Assembly (NCBI GenBank): GCA_035622635.1
Contig: DASPUZ010000186.1
Location: forward strand, 400 to 64,399
From: a bacterium
GTDB taxonomy: Bacteria > Sysuimicrobiota > Sysuimicrobiia > Sysuimicrobiales > Segetimicrobiaceae
Length of the DNA: 64,000 nt
Direction of reading: 5' to 3'
Position 1 is the stretch's first letter. Each line of letters opens with the position of its first letter. The translations under genes and the position numbers were made by a program. Shown here piece after piece: positions 29,657-38,005 of the stretch. The notes below the pieces were generated by a model, which was given only the letters and a program-made list of their open reading frames with translations, was not told the origin of the DNA and did not search any database.

Positions 29657-29686
29657 ATTCTAGCACACGCTCCGAAACATCGTCAA
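29657..29686 (-). promoter_or_regulatory. sigma-70-type promoter for the ileS leader
   Basis: Minus strand: TTGACG (29681..29686), an 18-nt spacer, then TAGAAT (29657..29662) with a TG dinucleotide one base upstream of the -10 (extended -10). It lies in the gap after the GT2 gene stop. Confidence 0.55.
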
Positions 29687-29703
29687 CGCGCGGGACCACG
29701 CTG

Positions 29704-31176
29704 TTACGGCGGGGGTGGAACCGCCTCCACCGGGGGCTCCGCGTTGCCGGCGGAGAAGCCGACGCGCGCGAGCATCGGCCCGGCAACGCCGGACGTGGCC
29801 GCCGGCCGGACGACGAGCAGCCCCGGCAGGTCGGGCAGCCCGGCCCCATGGTGCTCAGTCTTCATCCATTCGAACCGGCCGGTGAACACGCTCCGGCAAT
29901 ACCGCCACAGCGCGAGCGGCAGCGTGACGATCTGGTGCGTTGCGAAGAGGATGTATCGCGCGGACACCCACGCCAGCACCAATGGAGAGAGCTTTCGCTC
30001 CATCGCGATCGCGATGACAGTCGCCGCCATCACGACGATCCAGTAGTACGTGTACAACGCCTGATGCTCATGCACCGGAAGTGCGTCCGCCACGGTCAGG
30101 CCGCGCGCCTGGGCCTCGTAGACCCACTGTTCCACGAGGTAGCCGTAGCCCGCGATCATCGAGAGGGCCATGATGAGCGAACTCGACAGAAACACGAGGA
30201 AGTCCAGTCGTTTGCGCCACGGCACCGGCGCGCGCAGCAGCGCGGCGGTGTGGTCGAACAGGCACCGCAGCGATCCCTCGGACCAGCGCGTGCGTTGCTG
30301 GATCAGGCCCCGCAATGTGGGCACCGCTTCCTCCCACACCACCACGTGCTCACAATAGTGGACCGTCCATCCACGCAGCGCGTACTGAAGGGTGAGGTCG
30401 ATATCCTCGGTCAGCGCGTCCTCGTTCCATCCGCCGGCCGCTTCCAAGCGGTCGCGGCGGGTGATCAGACCGTTCCCGGTCAAGATTACCGCGCCGCCGA
30501 GCCGGTGCCGGCTGCGCTGGGTCAGCGTCTGAAACACGGTATAGTCGTCTTCCTGGGCGTGGATCAGCGCGTTGTGCCCGCCGTTACACACGAGCTTGCG
30601 CGCCTGCACGCCGGCCACGCCGGGCAGGCCCAGATACGGCACGAGCCTCGCCAGAAAGTCCGGCGCGACGCGCGCATCGGCGTCGAAGACGCAGATCGCG
30701 TCGCCGCGCGCCGCGGCGAGCCCGACGTTGAGTGCCACGGCCTTTCCGACCCCGTCCTCGGGTGTTGGACGCACGACGGTGAACGTGTGCGTTCGCTGGA
30801 GCGCGTCCAGCACCTGCGGCGTGCGGTCCGTGGATCGGTGGTCCACGACGATGACCTCGAACCGCGGACGTCCGTCGGGACCGGCATAGTCGAGTCCGCA
30901 CAGGCATCGAACCGTATCCGCGATGACGCCCTGCTCGTTCCGGGCCGGTACGATGACGCTGACGAACGGAGCATAACCTGTGGCGGGTGTCGTCTCAGGA
31001 CGCCTGGGAAGGACTCCGGCCACCATCAGGATCGTGCCGTAGACACCCGACACGAAGAAGATCACGGACACCCATGCGACGTCCCGATGGATGAGCCCGA
31101 CGGTCGTGAGCGCCAGCCAGCTCAACCCCAGGACCGTGACGAGCAGCTTCCGGCTCATCCGCGTTCGGTTTCTCAT
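29704..31176 (-). CDS. membrane-embedded processive family-2 glycosyltransferase (PgaC/IcaA/chitin- or cellulose-synthase-like)
   Basis: Two N-terminal and about four C-terminal TM helices flank a GT-A domain ([25 protein letters not shown]) with the processive-synthase signature QQRTRWSEG (QxxRW). The ATG overlaps the mtnA-like stop (ATGA). Confidence 0.85.
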   Translation of the reverse strand: MRNRTRMSRKLLVTVLGLSWLALTTVGLIHRDVAWVSVIFFVSGVYGTILMVAGVLPRRPETTPATGYAPFVSVIVPARNEQGVIADTVRCLCGLDYAGPDGRPRFEVIVVDHRSTDRTPQVLDALQRTHTFTVVRPTPEDGVGKAVALNVGLAAARGDAICVFDADARVAPDFLARLVPYLGLPGVAGVQARKLVCNGGHNALIHAQEDDYTVFQTLTQRSRHRLGGAVILTGNGLITRRDRLEAAGGWNEDALTEDIDLTLQYALRGWTVHYCEHVVVWEEAVPTLRGLIQQRTRWSEGSLRCLFDHTAALLRAPVPWRKRLDFLVFLSSSLIMALSMIAGYGYLVEQWVYEAQARGLTVADALPVHEHQALYTYYWIVVMAATVIAIAMERKLSPLVLAWVSARYILFATHQIVTLPLALWRYCRSVFTGRFEWMKTEHHGAGLPDLPGLLVVRPAATSGVAGPMLARVGFSAGNAEPPVEAVPPPP

Positions 31177-32219
31177 GCGCCACCCCCGACCGCCGTGGAC
31201 TCCGCCGTGACCGCGGCCCGGAGCCCGGCTGGGTACGGCGCGCGCACCACGCCGGCCTCGGTGATGATCGCCGTCACGAGCCGGTGAGGCGTGATATCGA
31301 ACGCGGGATTGCGCACGGCCACGCCGGCGGGCGCTATGAGGACGCCCCGGACGGCCGTCACCTCGGCCGGGTCTCGCTCCTCGATGGGAATCGCGTCACC
31401 GTCTGGGGTGTCTAGGTCGACCGTCGACGTGGAGCCCGCGACGTAGAACGGAATTCGGTGCTCGTGCGCCAGCACCGCAAGCGTGTAGGTCCCGACCTTG
31501 TTCGCGACGTCTCCGTTCGCGGCGATCCGATCCGCGCCGACGACGACCGCCGTCACCTCTCCGGCACGCATCAAGGCTCCTGCGGCATTGTCGATGATCA
31601 GGGTGCTCGGGATGCCGCAGCGCTGCAATTCCCACATGGTCAGCCGCGCGCCCTGCAGGACGGGACGCGTCTCGCATGCCACGACCCGAATACCGAGTCC
31701 CGCCTCGTGCGCGGCGCGCAGTACGCCGAACGCGGTCCCGTAGCCTCCCGTCGCGAGCATGCCGGTGTTGCAGTAGGTCAGCACCGTCGCGCCCTTCGGA
31801 AGCAATCCAGCGCCGTGCCGCCCGATCCTGCGGTTCGCCTCGACGTCGGCCCGCGCCATCGCGTGGGCGGCAGCAAGGACCCGGTCCTCGAGCGCCGCGG
31901 GACCGGGCGCGTCCACGGTCCCGCGCAGACGAGCAAGGGCCCACGCGAGATTAACGGCGGTCGGCCTCGTGCGCTCGAGATTTCGGGCCGCGTCGCGCAC
32001 CGCGTCCCGCCGCCCGCCCGACTGACGCGCCGCGAGTGCCAGCCCGTAGGCGGCGGCGAGCCCTAGTGCAGGTGCGCCGCGAATCTGCAGAGAGCGTATG
32101 GCGTCCGCCACGTCCTCCCAGGACGTGCAGCGCCGGATGCGGACCTCGTGCGGTAATGCGGTCTGGTCGAGAAGGAAGAGTGCGCCGTCCTCCCACCATA
32201 GGGGGGCGTCGGCGCTCAT
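31173..32219 (-). CDS. mtnA: methylthioribose-1-phosphate isomerase family protein (MtnA / eIF-2B-related sugar-phosphate isomerase)
   Basis: [61 protein letters not shown] and NPAFDITP. The ATG at 32219 gives the family-typical N-terminus; the track adds 35 junk codons. Confidence 0.85.
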   Translation of the reverse strand: MSADAPLWWEDGALFLLDQTALPHEVRIRRCTSWEDVADAIRSLQIRGAPALGLAAAYGLALAARQSGGRRDAVRDAARNLERTRPTAVNLAWALARLRGTVDAPGPAALEDRVLAAAHAMARADVEANRRIGRHGAGLLPKGATVLTYCNTGMLATGGYGTAFGVLRAAHEAGLGIRVVACETRPVLQGARLTMWELQRCGIPSTLIIDNAAGALMRAGEVTAVVVGADRIAANGDVANKVGTYTLAVLAHEHRIPFYVAGSTSTVDLDTPDGDAIPIEERDPAEVTAVRGVLIAPAGVAVRNPAFDITPHRLVTAIITEAGVVRAPYPAGLRAAVTAESTAVGGGA

Positions 32220-32465
32220 CGAGCGGGCGCTCCAGCATCTCTTGTGATCATCCGTGCGGGTGCCTCCGCTGCCCAAGGCATAGGCCGGGGTGTCCCGGCC
32301 GAGGCGGCTCGCACACACGGCCATACTTTGCCGGCTGCCCGAGCCAGAGAATTCTTGGGGGGACCCTGTTGTGCCTCCATCAGTATACCGTCAGGCGTCA
32401 ACCCGCGCCGCCCCCCGACCGGCAGGTCCCCCGACGAAGTCCAGCGGTCGTGCCGCCGCTGGAGA

Positions 32466-32870
32466 CTACTCCACGCTGAACAGTGGCCCGGGTGCCGTCT
32501 CCTCGCGCATGACATCCGCCGTGATCGTGACGTGATGGGGCGTAAATAGAAAGATCTCGTCGCCGACCCGGTGCATGTGCCCGTCGAGCGCGTACGCAAC
32601 GCCGCTGAGAAAGTCCACGACGCGCCTGCCCAGGTCCTGTTGCGTGCCACGCAGATTGATCACGATCGGTCGCAGCGTCTTCAGATAATCCGCCGCGCCC
32701 TGCGCCTCTTCATAGACACGGGGTTCCAGCACGATGATCTCCATCGGCCGATGCGCGTGCAGGTTGAAGATCGGAGCGCGGTATCCCGCCACGTCGCCCT
32801 GGGACGGCCCGCCGCCCTCGTCATCTGTGAACCCCAGGAACGTCCACATCCGTTGCATGATGCGGCCCAT
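32466..32870 (-). CDS. sepF: cell-division protein SepF
   Basis: N-terminal amphipathic MWTFLGF motif plus a DUF552 core (EIIVLEPRVYEEAQGAADYLK...VINL...RRVVDFLSG..YAL.G...RVG..IFLFTP). Confidence 0.9.
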   Translation of the reverse strand: MGRIMQRMWTFLGFTDDEGGGPSQGDVAGYRAPIFNLHAHRPMEIIVLEPRVYEEAQGAADYLKTLRPIVINLRGTQQDLGRRVVDFLSGVAYALDGHMHRVGDEIFLFTPHHVTITADVMREETAPGPLFSVE

Positions 32871-32941
32871 GGTAGTGCCTCCCGTCGCTGCTGCGTCTGT
32901 GATCGCCGTTACGTCCTGTGCTGCGTCCGTTGCTGCGTTGT

Positions 32942-33616
32942 CTAGGCAAACAGCGCCCGTCCTACGCGGACCATGGTCGAGCCTTCCTCCACAGCCACCT
33001 CAAAATCGTTCGTCATGCCCATCGATAACTCCCGAATGCCCCGATCAGGATGCGCCTCCTGGATCCGGTCGCGCAACTCACGTAGGCGACGGAAGTACGG
33101 CCGCGCCTCCTCCGCCTGATCGACGAGCGGCGCCATCCCCATCAGGCCGCGCACGCGAACACCCGGCAGCCCGGCGGCTCGGAGCGCCAAGTCCATCGCT
33201 CCTTCCGGCTCGACGCCATGTTTCGACGTCTCGCCGCCGACATTGACCTCGATCAGCACATCGATCAAAGTCCCCGCGGCGTTCGCGCGGCGGCTGAGTT
33301 CTTCAGCCAGCAACCACGAATCCACGGAGTGAATCATCACAAACAGCCGGAGCGCTTCCTTCACCTTGTTGCGCTGCAGACTGCCAATTAAGTGCCACGC
33401 TACGCCCGGCACAAGCGATACCTTCTCGCGGGCCTCCTGCACGCGGTTCTCTCCGAACACCCGGAGCCCACAATCCACCGCTTCGCGAATCCTGCCGACA
33501 TCCACGGTCTTCGTGACTGCAACCAGCAGGATATCGCCCGGTTGCCGCCCGGCACGCTCCGCCGCCTCGGCGACCCTGGCCCGCACCCTGGCAACGTTCG
33601 TACCGATATCAGCCAT
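32942..33616 (-). CDS. yggS: YggS/YlmE-family pyridoxal-phosphate homeostasis protein
   Basis: LVAVTKT (PLP lysine), FGENRVQE, WHLIGSLQRNKV, SMGMTNDFEVA and VRVGRALF. The ATG is at 33616; the track ORF of 400 aa is over-extended. Confidence 0.9.
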   Translation of the reverse strand: MADIGTNVARVRARVAEAAERAGRQPGDILLVAVTKTVDVGRIREAVDCGLRVFGENRVQEAREKVSLVPGVAWHLIGSLQRNKVKEALRLFVMIHSVDSWLLAEELSRRANAAGTLIDVLIEVNVGGETSKHGVEPEGAMDLALRAAGLPGVRVRGLMGMAPLVDQAEEARPYFRRLRELRDRIQEAHPDRGIRELSMGMTNDFEVAVEEGSTMVRVGRALFA

Positions 33617-33671
33617 GATCCGCCTCTGGCGCGCCGTCGTATTCGACGGCGCGCCATCTTTCCCTTTCTGC

Positions 33672-34505
33672 TCACTCGGGCAGCCGAATACACCCCGCCA
33701 GACGCCCGGTCGTGCCGTCCCGCCGGTGAGAAAAGAACAGATCCGAACGACACTTCGTACACGCCGGGTTGGTCTCGATCGACGCGTCCTGCACTCCGGC
33801 GGCGACCAACTGCTGCCGCAGTGCCTCGCGAAGGTCGAGGCGCCACCGCTCCGCTCCGGTGCGCCGCGCAGCCGCCGGCCACCATGGTGCGTGGGCCATC
33901 GCCCGTGCCACCGGAGTGTCCACTTCATAGCAGCATCCCCCGATCGCCGGGCCCAGGGTGACGCACACCCGATCGGGCTTGGTGCAGAAGGATCTGGCCA
34001 TCGTCTCGAGCAGAGTGAGCGCGATGCCGGACGCGGTACCCCGCCATCCCGCGTGGAGCGCACCGACCGCCGGACGGTCGGGATCGACGATGAGAAGCGG
34101 GACGCAGTCGGCGGCGTAGACAGCAAGCCAGATTCCCGCGGCATCGGTCACGAGGGCGTCGGTGGCAGCGATGACCGTGCCCGCTTCGGCGGCACCCACG
34201 ACCGCCACCCGGTTGCCGTGCACCTGTGCGGCTTCGACAAGGCGCTCCAGGGAGGCGCCCCACGTGCTTGCGATACGGCGCCGGTTCTCGGCCACGGCCG
34301 GCGTATCGTCCCCGACGCCGTAGGAAAGATTGAGAGCGGCGAATTTCCCTCGGCTCACCCCGCCGACGCGGGTCGTGAACATCGCGTGGGCGCACCCCGT
34401 CTCCTCCACGGCGCGTGCCGGTATCAGCGGCGGGATGCGGGACCGGAAGGCCTCGCCCGTGCCGTCCCCAAGCGACGGCCGCGGATCGGGGCGGGCGCTC
34501 GTCAT
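33672..34505 (-). CDS. pgeF: YfiH/YlmD-family (PgeF, purine-nucleoside phosphorylase/laccase-domain) protein
   Basis: HAMFTTRVGGVS, ALNLSYGVGDD, QVHG, ADCVPLL, HAGWRG and CTKC...FFSHRRD motifs. The ATG at 34505 overlaps the phnE stop (ATGA). Confidence 0.85.
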   Translation of the reverse strand: MTSARPDPRPSLGDGTGEAFRSRIPPLIPARAVEETGCAHAMFTTRVGGVSRGKFAALNLSYGVGDDTPAVAENRRRIASTWGASLERLVEAAQVHGNRVAVVGAAEAGTVIAATDALVTDAAGIWLAVYAADCVPLLIVDPDRPAVGALHAGWRGTASGIALTLLETMARSFCTKPDRVCVTLGPAIGGCCYEVDTPVARAMAHAPWWPAAARRTGAERWRLDLREALRQQLVAAGVQDASIETNPACTKCRSDLFFSHRRDGTTGRLAGCIRLPE

Positions 34506-35692
34506 ACGACCCGTTCGCGCACGACCGCGCTCGCGTAGTCCAGTGCTGCGACCACGATCGCGATCATCCAGAGCGCCGTCGCCGCCTGCCGCCACTGCAA
34601 CAGGTTGATATACTGCTGGAGGACGAAGCCGATGCCGCCGCCGCCGACGAACCCGATAACGGTACTGAAGCGGACATTGATATCCCAGCGATAGATGGTG
34701 AACGCGATGAACTGGGGCACGATCTGCGGCACTACGCCGTACCGCACGACCTGAAGGGCGCTCGCGCCCGTGGCCATGATCGCCTCGATCGGACCAGCGT
34801 CAATGCTCTCGATCGCCTCCGAATACAGTTTCCCCAAAGAGGCGATACTGTGCACGCCCAAGGCAAGGACGCCGGCGAACGGGCCGAGCCCCACCCACAC
34901 GGTGAAGATGATGGCGAGCACCAGCGCCTCGATCGAGCGCGTGAGGTTGAAGAACGTCCGGGTGAGACCGTACACGACCTTGCCGCCGGGGAAGTGATTG
35001 GTGAGGTTCTTGGCGCCGAGGAAGGAGCAGGGCACCGCGAACACGACACCCATCGTCGTGCCCATGAGAGCGAGAAACACGGTCTCTACCATCCTGCCCA
35101 ACACGACGAGGAACGTTGAGCTCAACCGGAGCGGCCCGGTGCCCGTCACGATCTCTGCCGAGACGAGATTGTGGGTGCCCTGGACCTCCGGCGCCGAAAA
35201 CACCACGGCGAACCGGCCCCGAGCGTCGGTCGTCACGGGGCCGAGTTGCTGGCGCTGCCCGATCTGATTCTCCCACCACAGCATCCCGCGGCGGTTCGGC
35301 TGAAATCCATCCCCGACGGCCGTGACACGATCACCGATCGCGCCGGTGGAGCGGGATAGGTGGAACGCGGGACCAGGCCCGGCCGGCGCCGCGGAGGGCA
35401 CCTCGCCACCGTAGTAGAACGGCGCCGTCACGCGCACGGTCGGATTGTCGCGCACGAGCACGTCCGGCGAAGCGAGCGCCGACGCGAACGGCGCGATCAG
35501 GTACGCGCCGCGCCACAACTCCCCGAGCCGGATCTGAGTCACCTGCCAGCCGTAGACGTACATGGCCAGCGCAGCGGCGGTCATTAGATAGAAGCGCCAC
35601 GATCGGTACCACGCGCGCGGCCGCCGGTTCGGCGCCCGCGCGCCCGGCGGCAACGTCTCTGGAACGCTGCGAGCCGGTCCCGCGACTGGCAT
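34502..35692 (-). CDS. phnE: phosphonate-type ABC transporter permease PhnE with an about 130-aa extracytoplasmic insertion after TM1
   Basis: The C-terminal 250 aa match the PhnE core (METVFLALMGT, RSIEALVLAIIF, SLGKLYSEAIESID.GPIEA..ATGAS, RWDINVR.STVIGFVGGGGIG). The N-terminal TM helix is followed by a beta-rich soluble segment. Confidence 0.85.
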   Translation of the reverse strand: MPVAGPARSVPETLPPGARAPNRRPRAWYRSWRFYLMTAAALAMYVYGWQVTQIRLGELWRGAYLIAPFASALASPDVLVRDNPTVRVTAPFYYGGEVPSAAPAGPGPAFHLSRSTGAIGDRVTAVGDGFQPNRRGMLWWENQIGQRQQLGPVTTDARGRFAVVFSAPEVQGTHNLVSAEIVTGTGPLRLSSTFLVVLGRMVETVFLALMGTTMGVVFAVPCSFLGAKNLTNHFPGGKVVYGLTRTFFNLTRSIEALVLAIIFTVWVGLGPFAGVLALGVHSIASLGKLYSEAIESIDAGPIEAIMATGASALQVVRYGVVPQIVPQFIAFTIYRWDINVRFSTVIGFVGGGGIGFVLQQYINLLQWRQAATALWMIAIVVAALDYASAVVRERVV

Positions 35693-35813
35693 CAGGAAAT
35701 CTCCACCACCGCGGCGTCATCGCCGACGAGTGCCTTGAACCGCAGGATACCTCCGCGTCCGGTCGGACCCTGCGGCACCCCCGTCCGCCTGTGTCGAACG
35801 CCGACGGCGCGCG

Positions 35814-36755
35814 CTACTGCGGCTTGATCAGGTCCTCGAGATTGACGCCCGCGTACGTCGCCACATCCCGGACAGGGTTGTAGAACGCGTCCAGGCTTGG
35901 CGTCTTGACGTGATACTTCGAAACGAGCAGATCGTAATCGGCCAGCGCCTCGATCTCGTACAGCGATTTGAGGGCGTCCAGCCCGGCCTGCGTCTCCGAG
36001 AATCGCAGCAGGGCGTTGGCCACGCGATCCTTCACCTCGGCCGGCAAGCCCTTGCGGAAGCTCACGGTGTCATTCGGAATCGGGTCCGATTTCCAGATGA
36101 CCTTGGTCTTCTGCATCACGTCCGGGTAGTCTTTTTGAACGGTCCCACGTGCGTCCTCGAACACCGCGCCACCGTCGACGCGACCCTGGTAGACGGCGAG
36201 CACGACGTTGTTGTGGGAGCCGGCGAAGACCGTTTGCCCGAAGAACTTCGACGGATCGTAGCCCGCCTTCTTGAGCCCCGCCAACGGGAAGAGATAGCCC
36301 GATGTGCTCGCGGGATCCACAAACGCGAAACGCTTGCCCTTGAGATCGGCCAGCGAATTGATACCGGAACTGGCTTGCGTAATTATCTCGGCCCTGTAGT
36401 AGGGCAATCCGAAGCGAACGGTCACGAGACGGACTTCCACACCGTACTTCTGATGGGCGATCACGTACGAGAACGTGTTCAGCCAGCCGATGTCGGCCCG
36501 CCCGGCCCCCATCGCCTCGATGACGCCGGCGTAGCTCGTGGCGACGAACGATTCGAACTGATATCCCGTCGCGGTGCCGAGCAACTCGGCAATCCGGTTA
36601 CCGGACTCCAACACCGTGCGTGCCTCACCGGATGGGACGAAGGCCATCACCAGCTTCGTCTGAGCTGGGGCGACCGCGGCGCCGGCGGTGAGGAGAGCGA
36701 TTACCACGGCGGCAATGACTGCCAACGTGCTGATGCGACGTACGGTCATAAACAA
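35814..36755 (-). CDS. phnD: phosphonate/phosphite-type ABC transporter substrate-binding protein (PhnD family)
   Basis: Signal/anchor sequence followed by LVMAFVPSGEA, YAGVIEAMGAGRADIGWL, DPASTSGYLFP and FAGSHNNVVLAVYQGRVDGGA. Confidence 0.85.
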   Translation of the reverse strand: MFMTVRRISTLAVIAAVVIALLTAGAAVAPAQTKLVMAFVPSGEARTVLESGNRIAELLGTATGYQFESFVATSYAGVIEAMGAGRADIGWLNTFSYVIAHQKYGVEVRLVTVRFGLPYYRAEIITQASSGINSLADLKGKRFAFVDPASTSGYLFPLAGLKKAGYDPSKFFGQTVFAGSHNNVVLAVYQGRVDGGAVFEDARGTVQKDYPDVMQKTKVIWKSDPIPNDTVSFRKGLPAEVKDRVANALLRFSETQAGLDALKSLYEIEALADYDLLVSKYHVKTPSLDAFYNPVRDVATYAGVNLEDLIKPQ

Positions 36756-36840
36756 CGGCCCCCTCTCGCGTCTTTAGGCGCGTTCTCGTGCGAGGCCGTA
36801 GTTCGTTCGGCTGCGGAGTTTCTCCTGCCCGCCTGCGGCG

Positions 36841-37974
36841 CTATCGCCTGAGGCTTCCTGCGACCTCGATGGTCTTTGCTACGGCATCGGCGAGGAGATG
36901 CAGCCCCGGAAGGAGCGAGGCCACGTCGAGCCACTCGTGAGGCGAGTGCACCTGTCCGCCTCCGGATACGCCCATCGAGACCGCCGGAATCCCGAGCGCC
37001 AGTGGAATGTTGGCGTCGGTGCTGGCTGCGGACAGGTACGGCGCCAGCCCGTGCGCGCGGTGGACGTCCACAAGGCCGGCCACGAGCGGATGATCGACCG
37101 GAAGGTGGCCGCCCGGCCGGTCCCCGATGACCGTGACCGTCGTGCGCACGCCGGCGTCCTCCTCGGCCCGGACGAGACGGTGCAGCGCCGCCGCCAACTC
37201 GTCGACGGGCGCGGCGGTGATCGACCGGAGGTCCACCTCGATCTCGGCGGAGGAAGCGATCGCGTTGACCGACGTGCCGCCGCGGATCACGCCGACGTTG
37301 AGCGTCGTCTTGGGGTCGGCGGGCAGCGGCGTTCGTGCCAGCCCGTCGACCACCGCCGCCAAATGATGGATCGCATTCGCCTTGCCGAAGTCACCCCAGC
37401 TGTGACCGCCCTCGGTCTCGAACCGCACGGAGAACCGGCGGACAGCGATTCCCTGATGCACGATCTGCCCCATCGCCCCGTCCACGACCAACACGGTGTC
37501 GGGCCGCGGCTCCTCCGGTCGCAGCCGGTATCGAATCCCCCGGAGGTCGCCGATCCCTTCCTCCCCCGTCGTGGACACGAACTCGAGCACACACGGGACG
37601 GCCGCGCCCGCATCGCGCATCGCACGCGCAAGCGTGATCAGCGCGGCGACGGCCGCGGAGTTATCGCGCACGCTCGACCCGACAAGGCGCAACCCTTCGC
37701 GACGGGGCGGCCGATGAGATTCCGCGGGATAGACGGTGTCCATGTGAGCGGCGAGCACGACGCGCGGCCCCGGCGCGGCCCCGGGATACAGGCCCCTCGC
37801 GTTTCCCACCGCGTCGAGCGCAACGTCGCGGAGGTCCGCTTCCCGGAACCGGTCGACAATGTAGGTGCCGCGCTCGGCCTCGCCAAAGCCCGGCGCTGGG
37901 ATCCCCGCGATCGTCTCGACCAGAGAGAGATGCGCGTTGATCTCGCGATCGAGCCTGGCGTGCACGTCCTGCAT
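36841..37974 (-). CDS. M20-family metallopeptidase/deacylase (ArgE/DapE/YlmB-like)
   Basis: AHMDTVYP and TGEEGIGDLRG metal-ligand contexts, and an HSPHEW C-terminal motif. The ATG at 37974 comes 31 nt after the nrdJ stop. Confidence 0.8.
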   Translation of the reverse strand: MQDVHARLDREINAHLSLVETIAGIPAPGFGEAERGTYIVDRFREADLRDVALDAVGNARGLYPGAAPGPRVVLAAHMDTVYPAESHRPPRREGLRLVGSSVRDNSAAVAALITLARAMRDAGAAVPCVLEFVSTTGEEGIGDLRGIRYRLRPEEPRPDTVLVVDGAMGQIVHQGIAVRRFSVRFETEGGHSWGDFGKANAIHHLAAVVDGLARTPLPADPKTTLNVGVIRGGTSVNAIASSAEIEVDLRSITAAPVDELAAALHRLVRAEEDAGVRTTVTVIGDRPGGHLPVDHPLVAGLVDVHRAHGLAPYLSAASTDANIPLALGIPAVSMGVSGGGQVHSPHEWLDVASLLPGLHLLADAVAKTIEVAGSLRR

Positions 37975-38005
37975 CGACTCGGTGGCTGTCAGACAGATGC
38001 GGAGC

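Noticed and set aside
32220-32465. Possible SAM (S-box) riboswitch in the 245-nt gap upstream of the mtnA-like gene, by analogy with Firmicute mtn operons.
   Set aside because: I find GC-rich hairpins (for example GGCCGGG-ACAC-CCCGGCC) and a loose AUCACAAGAGAUG string. The conserved SAM-I core elements (GAGGGA...GCCC, GCAACC, GGUGCUAA) are absent, and so is a terminator U-tract. A covariance-model scan (RF00162, RF00634) would be needed to overturn this.
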